A stretch of 33,946 nucleotides of DNA, from positions 1 to 33,946 of IMG/VR virus record IMGVR_UViG_3300032330_000282, one strand, 5' to 3'. A program made the position numbers and the translations under genes. Positions 8,734 through 17,481 of this stretch are shown here, in pieces. Under the pieces are notes generated by a model that was not told where the DNA came from, did no database searches, and saw nothing but the letters and a program-made list of their open reading frames with translations. Source of the DNA: a virus. Its lineage: Duplodnaviria; Caudoviricetes. The stretch's first letter is position 1. Each line of letters opens with the position of its first letter.

Positions 8734-9561
8734 ATGGCTCTAAATCAATCAGCAATTAACGTACGAGTAATAAACGGGGCTGAGACTACACAGTTTAGTC
8801 AAGCCCTGAATGTTACTGCTACAGTTACTGCTTCGTTCTTACGAGCACTAGGTGCTATTAAGTCTATTGTTAGTACAAGTACAGCTACAATTGTTTCAAG
8901 TTTTGTATACTTAAAAACAATCACAGCATCCTTAGTTACTAGCTTAGCTTCGATAGCTCAAACTGGTCGTGGTAAAATATTAGAAGTATCTTCTACTACT
9001 TTGAGTACTTTAGCTAATAGACTATCTTTACTTAGAACTTTAGTTGCTACTAGTACTATAGTTCAAACGCTTCAAAGAACCTTTGGTAAACTTGTTTTAC
9101 AAGCAGAAGTAACAGTAGCTACAATACTAACAGCTACTAATAGACTTGTAACACTATTAGCTTACTCAACAGCTACATCTAGTTTTACAAGAGCAATAGC
9201 TTTTAAAGTAACTTTAGTAGTCTCTACAGTAACTGCTACTTTAACTACATCTAAAGCTTTAGTAAGAACAATTACAGCTTCTATAGTTAGTTCTATCAGT
9301 ACATTAATAGCAGTTAAATTGTATTATCAAATCTTAACTGTTTTATCTACAACAACCTCTACTTTAGTAAAATTAGTAGGAAAACCATTGACAATTCTAG
9401 TAAATTGTGGTATTATATTAGTTAAGGGTGTAAAAAAGTTTATTACATTAGTAGTTACTCCTATAGTTACATTAATTAAGAGTGTTATATCTTTCATAAG
9501 ATACCCTTTAAATAGATTAATATATGCCGCTTCTAAAATTAGAAAAGTCTTTTATACTTAA
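8734..9561 (+). CDS. Repeat-containing fibre-like protein
   Basis: 275 aa, T/S/V/L/A-rich, with about 12 degenerate 18-21 aa repeats, no Asp and only 3 Glu. Confidence 0.6.
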   Translation: MALNQSAINVRVINGAETTQFSQALNVTATVTASFLRALGAIKSIVSTSTATIVSSFVYLKTITASLVTSLASIAQTGRGKILEVSSTTLSTLANRLSLLRTLVATSTIVQTLQRTFGKLVLQAEVTVATILTATNRLVTLLAYSTATSSFTRAIAFKVTLVVSTVTATLTTSKALVRTITASIVSSISTLIAVKLYYQILTVLSTTTSTLVKLVGKPLTILVNCGIILVKGVKKFITLVVTPIVTLIKSVISFIRYPLNRLIYAASKIRKVFYT

Positions 9562-9572
9562 GGATTTAGGAT

Positions 9573-9884
9573 ATGCCTACGGCTTTTTCATACAAAGTAA
9601 CTACTGAAAACGAACAGTTTACTTTTGACTTTTCTCCAGCTATGGGTACAGGAGAAACTATTACAAGTGCAACTAGCACAGTACAAGTAGTCTCAGGTAC
9701 AGATGCATCTCCTACTTCTATACTTCAAGGTGGTCCTGTAGTAAGTGGTCAACAAGTAGGACAAAGAATTTATGCTGGTTTAGATGGAGTAATTTATCGT
9801 ATTCAAATGACGGTAATTACTTCGGCTGCTAATACTTTAGTACTTTTAGCTGACCTACAAGTTCTTGCTCCAACTAGTGTCTAG
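9573..9884 (+). CDS. Fibre adaptor-like small beta protein
   Basis: K..E...FTFDF...GETITSA...AGLDGVIYRIQMTVIT pattern, seen in small virion adaptor proteins next to fibre genes. Confidence 0.55.
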   Translation: MPTAFSYKVTTENEQFTFDFSPAMGTGETITSATSTVQVVSGTDASPTSILQGGPVVSGQQVGQRIYAGLDGVIYRIQMTVITSAANTLVLLADLQVLAPTSV

Positions 9885-9893
9885 GATACTCAA

Positions 9894-10301
9894 TTGAGTT
9901 ATATTGCTAGATATGATAAGGGAGATTGGATAGCCATATGTGACGTCTGTGGACGTAAGTATAAAGCTTCTAATCTTAAAAAACGTTGGGATGGCCTGAT
10001 GTGTTGTGATGACGATTGGGAAATACGTCAACCACAAGACTTTGTAAGAGGTGTTGCAGATACTCAAATAGCACCTTGGTTAAGATCAGAACCTTCTAAT
10101 AGTTTTATACCAGTAACCCAGGCTTTATGGGGATTGTATAATTCAGTAAGTAATACAACATTAAGTACTCTTGTTGTGTATGCTCCTTGGAACATGCATT
10201 TTTATAGTACAGCAACAGCAACTCTATCATACGCTAGAGTAACTCCATCAACACCAGAATCAATTAATGGTTCAGCAATCAACACGACAACTTTAGGATA
10301 A
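9894..10301 (+). CDS. Cys-rich (zinc-binding) neck/virion protein
   Basis: TTG start after AGGA. N-terminal AICDVCG...WDGLMCC...WEIRQPQ and a C-terminal T/S-rich extension. Confidence 0.65.
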   Translation: MSYIARYDKGDWIAICDVCGRKYKASNLKKRWDGLMCCDDDWEIRQPQDFVRGVADTQIAPWLRSEPSNSFIPVTQALWGLYNSVSNTTLSTLVVYAPWNMHFYSTATATLSYARVTPSTPESINGSAINTTTLG

Positions 10302-10305
10302 TATT

Positions 10306-11964
10306 ATGGCAGGATTAAATTTATTTACAAATAACGCAGCTACCACACTAGCTACAGGTATTAATAGCTCTGTTACATCGTTAACTGTTGCATCAGCTAC
10401 TGGTGCTTTATTTCCAACATTAGCAGGATCACAATACTTTTACTGTACCCTATCTAATACAGCAGGTACTACAATTGAAATTGTTAAAGTAACTGCTAGG
10501 TCAACAGACACATTTACTATTGTCCGTGGTCAAGATAATACAACTGCAGCTGCATTTATTGCAGGTGATAAAGTTGAACTCCGTTTAACAGCAGCTGATC
10601 TTCAAAACTTTCCACAATTAGATTCAACTAATACATTTGCGTTAGCTCAAACATTTACTACAGCTATTGCAGTAACTTCTGGTGGTACAGGTGTAACAAC
10701 ATCGACAGGATCGGGCAGCAATGTATTATCAACATCCCCAACACTTGTAACTCCTATATTAGGAACTCCAACTTCAGGAGTAGCTACTAACTTAACTGGG
10801 TTACCTCTTACCACTGGTGTAACAGGAACCCTTCCAATTGCAAATGGCGGTACTAATTCTACTACAGCTGCTGGTGCTAATGCTAACTTACAAACATATA
10901 CAACAACAGCTACAGCTGCTGGTACAACTACACTTACTAATACAAGTACATATTATCAATACTTTACAGGTACAACAACTCAAACTGTTGTTTTACCAGT
11001 AACAAGTACTTTGTCTTTAGGTTGGTCTTTCCATATAGCTAATAACTCTACTGGTAATTTAACTTTACAATCGTCTGGTTTAAATACAATAGCAACTATT
11101 TTACCTAATACTACTGCACACGTAACTTGTATTTTAACAAGTGGAACAACAGCAGCATCATGGGATTATGGTTTTACTGATTTTAATACCTCAGTACCAG
11201 TAGCTTTAGGTGGCACAGGTAATACATCAGCAACTGCTTACGCTTTACTAGCAGGTGGAACAACTACAACAGGAGCATTCCAATCATTAGCATCAGTAGG
11301 AACAACTGGTCAAATCTTAACATCTAATGGTGCTGGTGCCTTACCTACATTCCAAACTGCCGCAGGTGGTGGTGGTTTTACTGGTATTCAAGTATTTACT
11401 TCTAGCGGAACTTTTACTATTCCATCTGGAAAAACTACAATTAAAGTTACAATAATTGGTGCTGGTGGCGGTTCTTGTGCTGGTGGTTCTGCTGGTGGCG
11501 CAGGAGGCTCTAGTTCATTATCATCAGGAACTCAAACAATTACAACGCTTACGGCAACTGGTGGAACTGGTGGACCAACTAGTGGGGCTTCAGGAACAAA
11601 TGGAACAGCTTCTGGTGCATCATTAATTTCTAATTATCTTAATACTAATATTGGTTTTGCTGGATATACTTATACTTGCGGAACTACTGGATATGTTGCT
11701 TTTTCTTATAGTAATTATAATGTTATGGGATTATCAATTACTAATAGCACCACTCCTGGCGCAGGGGGAGAAGCAGTTTACATAGGAGGCGGAACTCTTT
11801 TTTCTTATGGTGGTGCTGGTGGTGGTGGTATATGGTATTTAACAGGATTAACTTCAGGTAATACGCTTACTGTAACTATAGGACAAGGCGGAACAAGAGG
11901 AAGTAATGTTGGTAGTGGTTATGGTAATACTGGATACAATGGTGCAGTAGTTATTGAATATTAG
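10306..11964 (+). CDS. Tail fibre / receptor-binding protein
   Basis: N-terminal attachment domain (FTNNAATTL...EIVKVTAR...RGQDNT), GGTG shaft repeats, and a C-terminal glycine-rich domain (VFTSSGTFTIP...GAGGG...GAVVIEY). Confidence 0.8.
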   Translation: MAGLNLFTNNAATTLATGINSSVTSLTVASATGALFPTLAGSQYFYCTLSNTAGTTIEIVKVTARSTDTFTIVRGQDNTTAAAFIAGDKVELRLTAADLQNFPQLDSTNTFALAQTFTTAIAVTSGGTGVTTSTGSGSNVLSTSPTLVTPILGTPTSGVATNLTGLPLTTGVTGTLPIANGGTNSTTAAGANANLQTYTTTATAAGTTTLTNTSTYYQYFTGTTTQTVVLPVTSTLSLGWSFHIANNSTGNLTLQSSGLNTIATILPNTTAHVTCILTSGTTAASWDYGFTDFNTSVPVALGGTGNTSATAYALLAGGTTTTGAFQSLASVGTTGQILTSNGAGALPTFQTAAGGGGFTGIQVFTSSGTFTIPSGKTTIKVTIIGAGGGSCAGGSAGGAGGSSSLSSGTQTITTLTATGGTGGPTSGASGTNGTASGASLISNYLNTNIGFAGYTYTCGTTGYVAFSYSNYNVMGLSITNSTTPGAGGEAVYIGGGTLFSYGGAGGGGIWYLTGLTSGNTLTVTIGQGGTRGSNVGSGYGNTGYNGAVVIEY

Positions 11965-11973
11965 GAGTAATAA

Positions 11974-12282
11974 ATGAAAAAAGCATTAGTAACAACACAT
12001 GAATTAATTAAACATTATCAAAATAATTCTGTTTTAGGATATAGAATTGCTGATGTATTTGATACAGAAGTTTTTGAACCTGCTTCTGGTATGTTTTGGA
12101 TTGATGTTAATGATGATTTTGATATGATATCTGCATCATTAAATTATTATAATTTAGAAACAAATACTATAGAAATTATTCCTGTTGATCCTGAACTTAT
12201 TAAATTAGCAGAAGCTAAATTACTTAATAAAACAAAACAAGATCAAAATCAACCAGTAACAACAGGAACACAAACTTTATAA
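11974..12282 (+). CDS. Fibre-associated protein (tip partner or chaperone, putative)
   Basis: 102 aa directly after the glycine-rich fibre. AGGAG RBS and motif RIADV...FWIDV. Confidence 0.5.
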   Translation: MKKALVTTHELIKHYQNNSVLGYRIADVFDTEVFEPASGMFWIDVNDDFDMISASLNYYNLETNTIEIIPVDPELIKLAEAKLLNKTKQDQNQPVTTGTQTL

Positions 12283-12779
12283 TGATTGAACATTTAGATA
12301 AAAGTGTTATGATATTTGACAAGTTTTTATCAAAAGAAAGATGTTTGCCATACATAGAAAAGTTTAAAAAAGAACAACCTCATCCAGAAAAACCTATGAA
12401 TTGGGTTTATATTCATGATGATGAAATTGTAAATGAAACAAAAACATTCTTAGAAAAAATGCTAAGGATTAAAATTAAGAATGCTAAGGCTGGAATAGGT
12501 GTTTGGCTTAATAATAATGGCGGAACAAGACTTCATGTTCATGATCCTATAGTAAGACCTGATAATGATTTTACTAGTTGCATCTATTTAAATGACGACT
12601 TTAAAAATGGTGAATTTTTTACTTTAGATTTAAGATATAAACCAGTAACTGGATCGTTAACATTCTTCAACGGAATGAAGACGTATCATGGCGCAGCAAA
12701 CCAAACAGAAAATGATAGGTATTATTTAATATTTTGGTGGGAAGGCACAACGTATGATAACGGTAACGCCTCAGCATAG
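12282..12779 (+). CDS. 2OG-Fe(II) oxygenase (prolyl 4-hydroxylase-like)
   Basis: HVHD metal-site region, IYLNDDFKNGE, PVTGSLTFF, distal His (YHG) and a 2OG-binding Arg (DRYYLIFW). Confidence 0.82.
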   Translation: MIEHLDKSVMIFDKFLSKERCLPYIEKFKKEQPHPEKPMNWVYIHDDEIVNETKTFLEKMLRIKIKNAKAGIGVWLNNNGGTRLHVHDPIVRPDNDFTSCIYLNDDFKNGEFFTLDLRYKPVTGSLTFFNGMKTYHGAANQTENDRYYLIFWWEGTTYDNGNASA

Positions 12780-13032
12780 TTTTACTTACGATGGCGCCCA
12801 GATAAATGTTTATCATGCAAACAAAGGTGAGGGTTTAGGTAAACATTCCCATAACTTTAGTCACGCCACAATATGCCATAACGGGTCTTGTATTGTAAGG
12901 CTAGAGGGCAAAGAAAGAATTATTGATAAAAATAGTGGAGCTTTTAATCTGCCAGCAGTTGAGTGGCATGAGATAGAAGCATTAGAAGATGATACAGTTT
13001 TTGTAAATGTTTTTGCAGAAGGTAAGTACTAA
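12754..13032 (+). CDS. Cupin-domain protein
   Basis: HSHNFSH motif 1, WHEIEALED motif 2, and ending VFVNVF. Confidence 0.85.
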   Translation: MITVTPQHSFTYDGAQINVYHANKGEGLGKHSHNFSHATICHNGSCIVRLEGKERIIDKNSGAFNLPAVEWHEIEALEDDTVFVNVFAEGKY

Positions 13033-13397
13033 TGGATCCAATAACAATTTTATCAGCATTTGCTCCTGTAGTAATGGACTTAGGTAAGTCCCTTATTAAC
13101 AAGTTTGTAGCACCTGATCAATTTAAACCTGCAACTATCGAGCAGTATGCTCAGATGAAGAACATAGACCTAGAGTTTTTTAAGGTTATGAATGACGCTG
13201 GGGCAGGTAATTCTTCATACCCTTGGGTAGAAGCCATCGTTAGATTAATGAGGCCTCTAATAGGCCTTCTTGTGCTTTCTACATGGGTATATATGCATGT
13301 ATCTGGTACATCAACTCCTGAGGTAGATAACTTTGCTTCAGCTGTTGGATTTTACCTCTTTGGTGAACGTAGCCTATTTTATATTAAAAAGAAATGA
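13032..13397 (+). CDS. Holin-like membrane protein (GTA 3TM holin-like)
   Basis: PWV...MRPLIG followed by hydrophobic helices, GFYLFGERS, and a basic C-terminus. Confidence 0.55.
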   Translation: MDPITILSAFAPVVMDLGKSLINKFVAPDQFKPATIEQYAQMKNIDLEFFKVMNDAGAGNSSYPWVEAIVRLMRPLIGLLVLSTWVYMHVSGTSTPEVDNFASAVGFYLFGERSLFYIKKK

Positions 13398-13732
13398 ATC
13401 TTATAACAGTTGAGTCGTGTAAGGCAGTTTACAAGATGTTACGTGAACTCCCTCCCTTCAACAAGTATAAGTTACCAAGTCCTTCCGAGATAGAGTTTTT
13501 AGTTGTAGAAGATCCTGAAATGTACGGATCTTATTCACCTGAACCTCACTGTATTACAATGAGTACAAGTAAGATGAGTCTACTCCAAACCCTAGAGAAA
13601 ACAATGGCACATGAAATGGTGCATCTTATACTATACCTTCAGGGTAAACGATATGAACTCCATAACAAAAACTTCTATAAACTAACATACCAAGTAGCCG
13701 AGATATACGGCTGGGAACCCAAGGACTTATAA
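13394..13732 (+). CDS. SprT-like zinc metalloprotease
   Basis: TMAHEMVHL (HExxH) plus a third His in LHNKNF. Confidence 0.75.
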   Translation: MNLITVESCKAVYKMLRELPPFNKYKLPSPSEIEFLVVEDPEMYGSYSPEPHCITMSTSKMSLLQTLEKTMAHEMVHLILYLQGKRYELHNKNFYKLTYQVAEIYGWEPKDL

Positions 13733-13911
13733 TGGAACATTTACAAGAATCAACTAAACATGTATTAGATACAGCATCTATTGTAACAGCAGTAGGGACT
13801 ATGATGCAAGTGCTACCAGCAATAGCTGCTTTATTTACTATTGTATGGACTTGTATTCGTATTTACGAAACTAAAACAGTACAAAAACTATTAGGTAAAA
13901 CTAAGGAATAA
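13732..13911 (+). CDS. 59-aa holin-like membrane protein (not in ORF track)
   Basis: TAATG overlap and AAGGA RBS. Translates as MEHLQESTKHVLDTASIVTAVGTMMQVLPAIAALFTIVWTCIRIYETKTVQKLLGKTKE, a hydrophobic core with a basic tail. Confidence 0.65.
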   Translation: MEHLQESTKHVLDTASIVTAVGTMMQVLPAIAALFTIVWTCIRIYETKTVQKLLGKTKE

Positions 13912-13912
13912 T

Positions 13913-14911
13913 ATGGCTACTTCAGGTACTACTACATTTACCGTTACCAGAGATCAGATTATTGAAGCTGCTCTACGTAGTTTAGCAGTACTAGAAGAAG
14001 GTGCTACACCTGGGCCTAATGCTCTAGAGAATGCTTCTTTCTCTTTAAATCTTATTTTAAAGAAATGGCAGTCAGAAGGTATTAAACTATGGACTATTAA
14101 AGAGTATACACTACCATTAGTTAATAACCAAACAAATTACACAATTGGACCATCAGCAGCCTACGATTATAATGGTGCTAAACCTTTAAGACTTATTCAA
14201 TGTTATTTAAGAAACTTATCTAATGCTACATACTCAGTAGGTAAGATCTCTTTAACATCTGGTGGATCAGGCTATACAGTACAACCAACTAATGCTGTAT
14301 CCTCTACTGGTGGATCTGGTTCTGGTGCTACATTTAACTTAACATTTACAGGTACAACTGTAACTAATGCATTACTTGCTAACAATGGTGGTAGTGGTTA
14401 TGCAATAGGTGATGTATTAACAATGCAAGGTGGTACATTTACTACACCTGCTACTGTAAGAGTAGACTCTCTTTTAAGTGTATATACAGATATGCCAATG
14501 ACTATTATTTCTCAACAAGAGTATAATATCTTGGGTGCAAAACAATCACAAGGTAACGTAAACACTGTATACTATAAACCTTGGAGAGATTATGGAGAAT
14601 TAAGTGTATTCTTAACTCCTAATAATTTTACAGCTACAACTTATAATTTACATTTATTTGTACAGACACCTATTGAAGATATTACAGCAGCTAACCAGAA
14701 CTTTGATTTCCCTTCAGAGTGGTTCTTAGCTCTTAAATGGGGTCTAGTTGCAGAGCTTGCATCAGACTATGAGAAGACTCTTACTGATAAACAATACTAT
14801 GAACAAAAAGCAAATGTTCTTAAGAATGACTTAATGGATTGGGATATTGAATGGACTTCTACATTCTTCCAACCAGATGTAAGATCAGGCTTTAATAGGA
14901 GCTTCCGTTAA
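13913..14911 (+). CDS. Head-tail adaptor (P22 gp4 / T7 gp11-like) with an inserted GSGY domain
   Basis: MATSGT...IIEAAL...LNLILKKW at the N-terminus and DFPSEWFLALKWGL at the C-terminus, with an internal G/T-rich segment. Confidence 0.7.
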   Translation: MATSGTTTFTVTRDQIIEAALRSLAVLEEGATPGPNALENASFSLNLILKKWQSEGIKLWTIKEYTLPLVNNQTNYTIGPSAAYDYNGAKPLRLIQCYLRNLSNATYSVGKISLTSGGSGYTVQPTNAVSSTGGSGSGATFNLTFTGTTVTNALLANNGGSGYAIGDVLTMQGGTFTTPATVRVDSLLSVYTDMPMTIISQQEYNILGAKQSQGNVNTVYYKPWRDYGELSVFLTPNNFTATTYNLHLFVQTPIEDITAANQNFDFPSEWFLALKWGLVAELASDYEKTLTDKQYYEQKANVLKNDLMDWDIEWTSTFFQPDVRSGFNRSFR

Positions 14912-16560
14912 TGCCCATTGTTAATGTCCCGTTAACAACACCTATAAAACAACGTACCAATGATATTAGCAAAGATGCTAAGATGGTTAATTGTTTTAAA
15001 GAAACTATGCCAGGTGGGGCTACTTTAGCTATTAAACGTCCAGGTAAAGCTGCATATACAATTACTCCTGCACTACCCATTGATGGTAATGGTCTTTGGA
15101 CATTTAATAATAATTTATATGCAGCTGCTAGTACTAAACTATACAGTATTACTGGAGGTACTTCAACCGAACTACTTACAGGTATGAGTGGGCAAAACGT
15201 TAGTTGGGTTAATACACTAGCTACAACAGCACCACACCCTTATATGGTCTTTCATGACCAAGTAACAGGGTACTCAATGAATTCTACAGGAACAGTTGTT
15301 GTAATAAATAAACAAGTAGCAGGAGTTACTTTAGTTAGTGGTGGTACTGGGTATACAGCTACTACAGGTACCTTTACAGTTACAGGATCTATTAGTGGTT
15401 CTGGTGCTGGTGGTACTTATATTTCTGATGGTACTACAGTAACAAGTGTAACTTTAACTTCTAATGGTTCTAACTATGCAGGAACATTAGCTGTTGTGTT
15501 TGATGTAGGTGGAACTGCTGTAGCTACTCCTTACTTAAATTCATTTCCTACAAACCCTGTTCCAGGTTTAGTATACCTTGATGGTTATGTATTTGCTATG
15601 GATCCTCAAGGTCAGATATTTCAATCTGATAATGAAAACCCAAATGTATGGGGACCTTTAAACTACACTTCAGCAGTATCTGAAGCAGATAAAGGCAAAG
15701 CTCTTGCTAGACATCTTAACTATGTTATAGCTTTTAAAGAGTGGACAGCTGACTTTTTCTATGATGCTGGTAACGCTGCAGGCTCAGTATTAAGTATTAA
15801 CCAATCTGCTCATATGGAAATAGGTTGTGCTGATGGTAACTCAATACAAAATCCAGAACAAACTTTAATTTGGATGGGAACTGTAGTTGAGGGTGGTAGG
15901 GGTATTTATGTAATGGAAGGTTTATCTCCTCAAAGAGTATCAACTAAAGCAGTTGAAAACTTTCTAAACGCTAGTAACTTATCAGGTACATACTCTTGGT
16001 TATATAAAATTGCTGGTCATACTTTATATGGACTTGTACTAACAGATCAAAACGTTACACTTGTATATGATATGGGTGAAAAAGAATGGCACTATTGGAC
16101 TACAAGTAAAGACTATATTGGTGGTGGTGAAAACTACTTTGAATGTTCTTTTGTAGTACAGTTTCCATTTAATAGTGGTAACTTCTATGTATTAGATGCT
16201 GTTAATGGTCTAGTGTTTACATTGAGTCCTAATAACTATGTAGATCCTTTTGGACCTATTAGAATGCGTATTGTAACTGATCGTATGGATTTTGATACTT
16301 ATGCTTTTAAAACTGGGTATGGTTTAACTATGTTTGGTGATAACATTAATGATGTAATGCAAGTTAGACATACTGAAGATGATTATACTAATTGGTCTCA
16401 ATATAGACAAATACAATTAAACTTACAAAAACCTTGTTTATATCAACTTGGTAGATTTAGACGTAGAGCTTATGAATATTTATATACAGGAAATAACCCT
16501 TTCCGTTTAGAAAAAGTAGAATTTAATATTAATGGTAGATTGGATTTAAAACAAGAATAG
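14911..16560 (+). CDS. Tail nozzle/hub (P22 gp10 / T7 gp12-like) with an inserted GSGY domain
   Basis: VNCF...KRPG, VYLDGY, IGC, RVSTKAVE, TLVYD...WH and LGRFRRR are all typical of gp10-like beta-propeller nozzles. Confidence 0.78.
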   Translation: MPIVNVPLTTPIKQRTNDISKDAKMVNCFKETMPGGATLAIKRPGKAAYTITPALPIDGNGLWTFNNNLYAAASTKLYSITGGTSTELLTGMSGQNVSWVNTLATTAPHPYMVFHDQVTGYSMNSTGTVVVINKQVAGVTLVSGGTGYTATTGTFTVTGSISGSGAGGTYISDGTTVTSVTLTSNGSNYAGTLAVVFDVGGTAVATPYLNSFPTNPVPGLVYLDGYVFAMDPQGQIFQSDNENPNVWGPLNYTSAVSEADKGKALARHLNYVIAFKEWTADFFYDAGNAAGSVLSINQSAHMEIGCADGNSIQNPEQTLIWMGTVVEGGRGIYVMEGLSPQRVSTKAVENFLNASNLSGTYSWLYKIAGHTLYGLVLTDQNVTLVYDMGEKEWHYWTTSKDYIGGGENYFECSFVVQFPFNSGNFYVLDAVNGLVFTLSPNNYVDPFGPIRMRIVTDRMDFDTYAFKTGYGLTMFGDNINDVMQVRHTEDDYTNWSQYRQIQLNLQKPCLYQLGRFRRRAYEYLYTGNNPFRLEKVEFNINGRLDLKQE

Positions 16561-16563
16561 TTT

Positions 16564-16980
16564 ATGCAAGTATCTATTGTAGACACAAAAGATGTTGAAC
16601 GGGTTTGGCCTCATATAGAAGGTTACATGAAAAGAGCAGCTAAATATACTTATGGTAGATTTGAAGCTGAAGATATTAAAGAAGGATTATTAAAGCAACC
16701 TCAACAACTTTGGATTGCTTTTGATGACAAAAAGATTTATGGTGCTGTAGTTACTGAAGTATACAAGTACCCTAGAATGACAGCTTTAACTGTACACTTT
16801 TTAGCAGGGATTCAGTTTGAAACATGGAAAGAACCTATGCTTAGATTAGTGCAACAGTTTGGTAAAGATAATGGTTGTAAATTAATTGATAGTTACGGAC
16901 GTCCTGGTTGGGAAAGAGTCTGGGCTAATTATGGTTATACTAAACGTTTTATATTTTATGAATTACCCCTGGAGAACTAA
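16564..16980 (+). CDS. GNAT-fold tail/ejection assembly protein (P22 gp14 / T7 gp13-like position)
   Basis: QLWIA...GAVVTE...YP...FLAG...GCKLI...GRPGWERV, located between the nozzle and ejection genes. Confidence 0.65.
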   Translation: MQVSIVDTKDVERVWPHIEGYMKRAAKYTYGRFEAEDIKEGLLKQPQQLWIAFDDKKIYGAVVTEVYKYPRMTALTVHFLAGIQFETWKEPMLRLVQQFGKDNGCKLIDSYGRPGWERVWANYGYTKRFIFYELPLEN

Positions 16981-16982
16981 AT

Positions 16983-17453
16983 ATGTTTAATAGTAAAATA
17001 GGTATAGGTGTTTTAAAACATCCTGGATACAATAAAGGTAAAGGTGGTGGAGGTTCATCTTCCTCTACTTCTACACCTGTGGACTTCTTTGGTGCTGGAG
17101 CAAGAGCTCCGTATGAAGAAGCCCTTAGTAACTTACTCTTAGGGGGAGGACCTTCTCTTGATTATATTAAAAGTCAACCAGGATTTATGCTAGGTAGTGA
17201 AATGGGTCAAGAGGGCCTTCAAAGGAAGTTTGCTTCTACAGGGGTAGGTCCTAATGGTTATGAAAACTTAGCTATTAATAACTTTCAAAATGCGTATGCT
17301 GGTGATTACCTTCAAAGACAGGTTGCTAATCTTGTATCAGCTTCTGGTGCTGGCTTGGTAGCAAACTCAAGTACATCAACGTCACAAGGACCAAGTCAAA
17401 TACCTGGTATGCTTGGTACAATTGGTGGCGCTATTATTTCATCAATTTTCTAA
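16983..17453 (+). CDS. Small DNA ejection protein (P22 gp7-like)
   Basis: Leader followed by KGKGGGG, then SQPGF...G...A.TG and a Gly-rich hydrophobic C-terminus. Confidence 0.62.
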   Translation: MFNSKIGIGVLKHPGYNKGKGGGGSSSSTSTPVDFFGAGARAPYEEALSNLLLGGGPSLDYIKSQPGFMLGSEMGQEGLQRKFASTGVGPNGYENLAINNFQNAYAGDYLQRQVANLVSASGAGLVANSSTSTSQGPSQIPGMLGTIGGAIISSIF

Positions 17454-17481
17454 ACTACCTATTTAACTAAGGAATATAATT

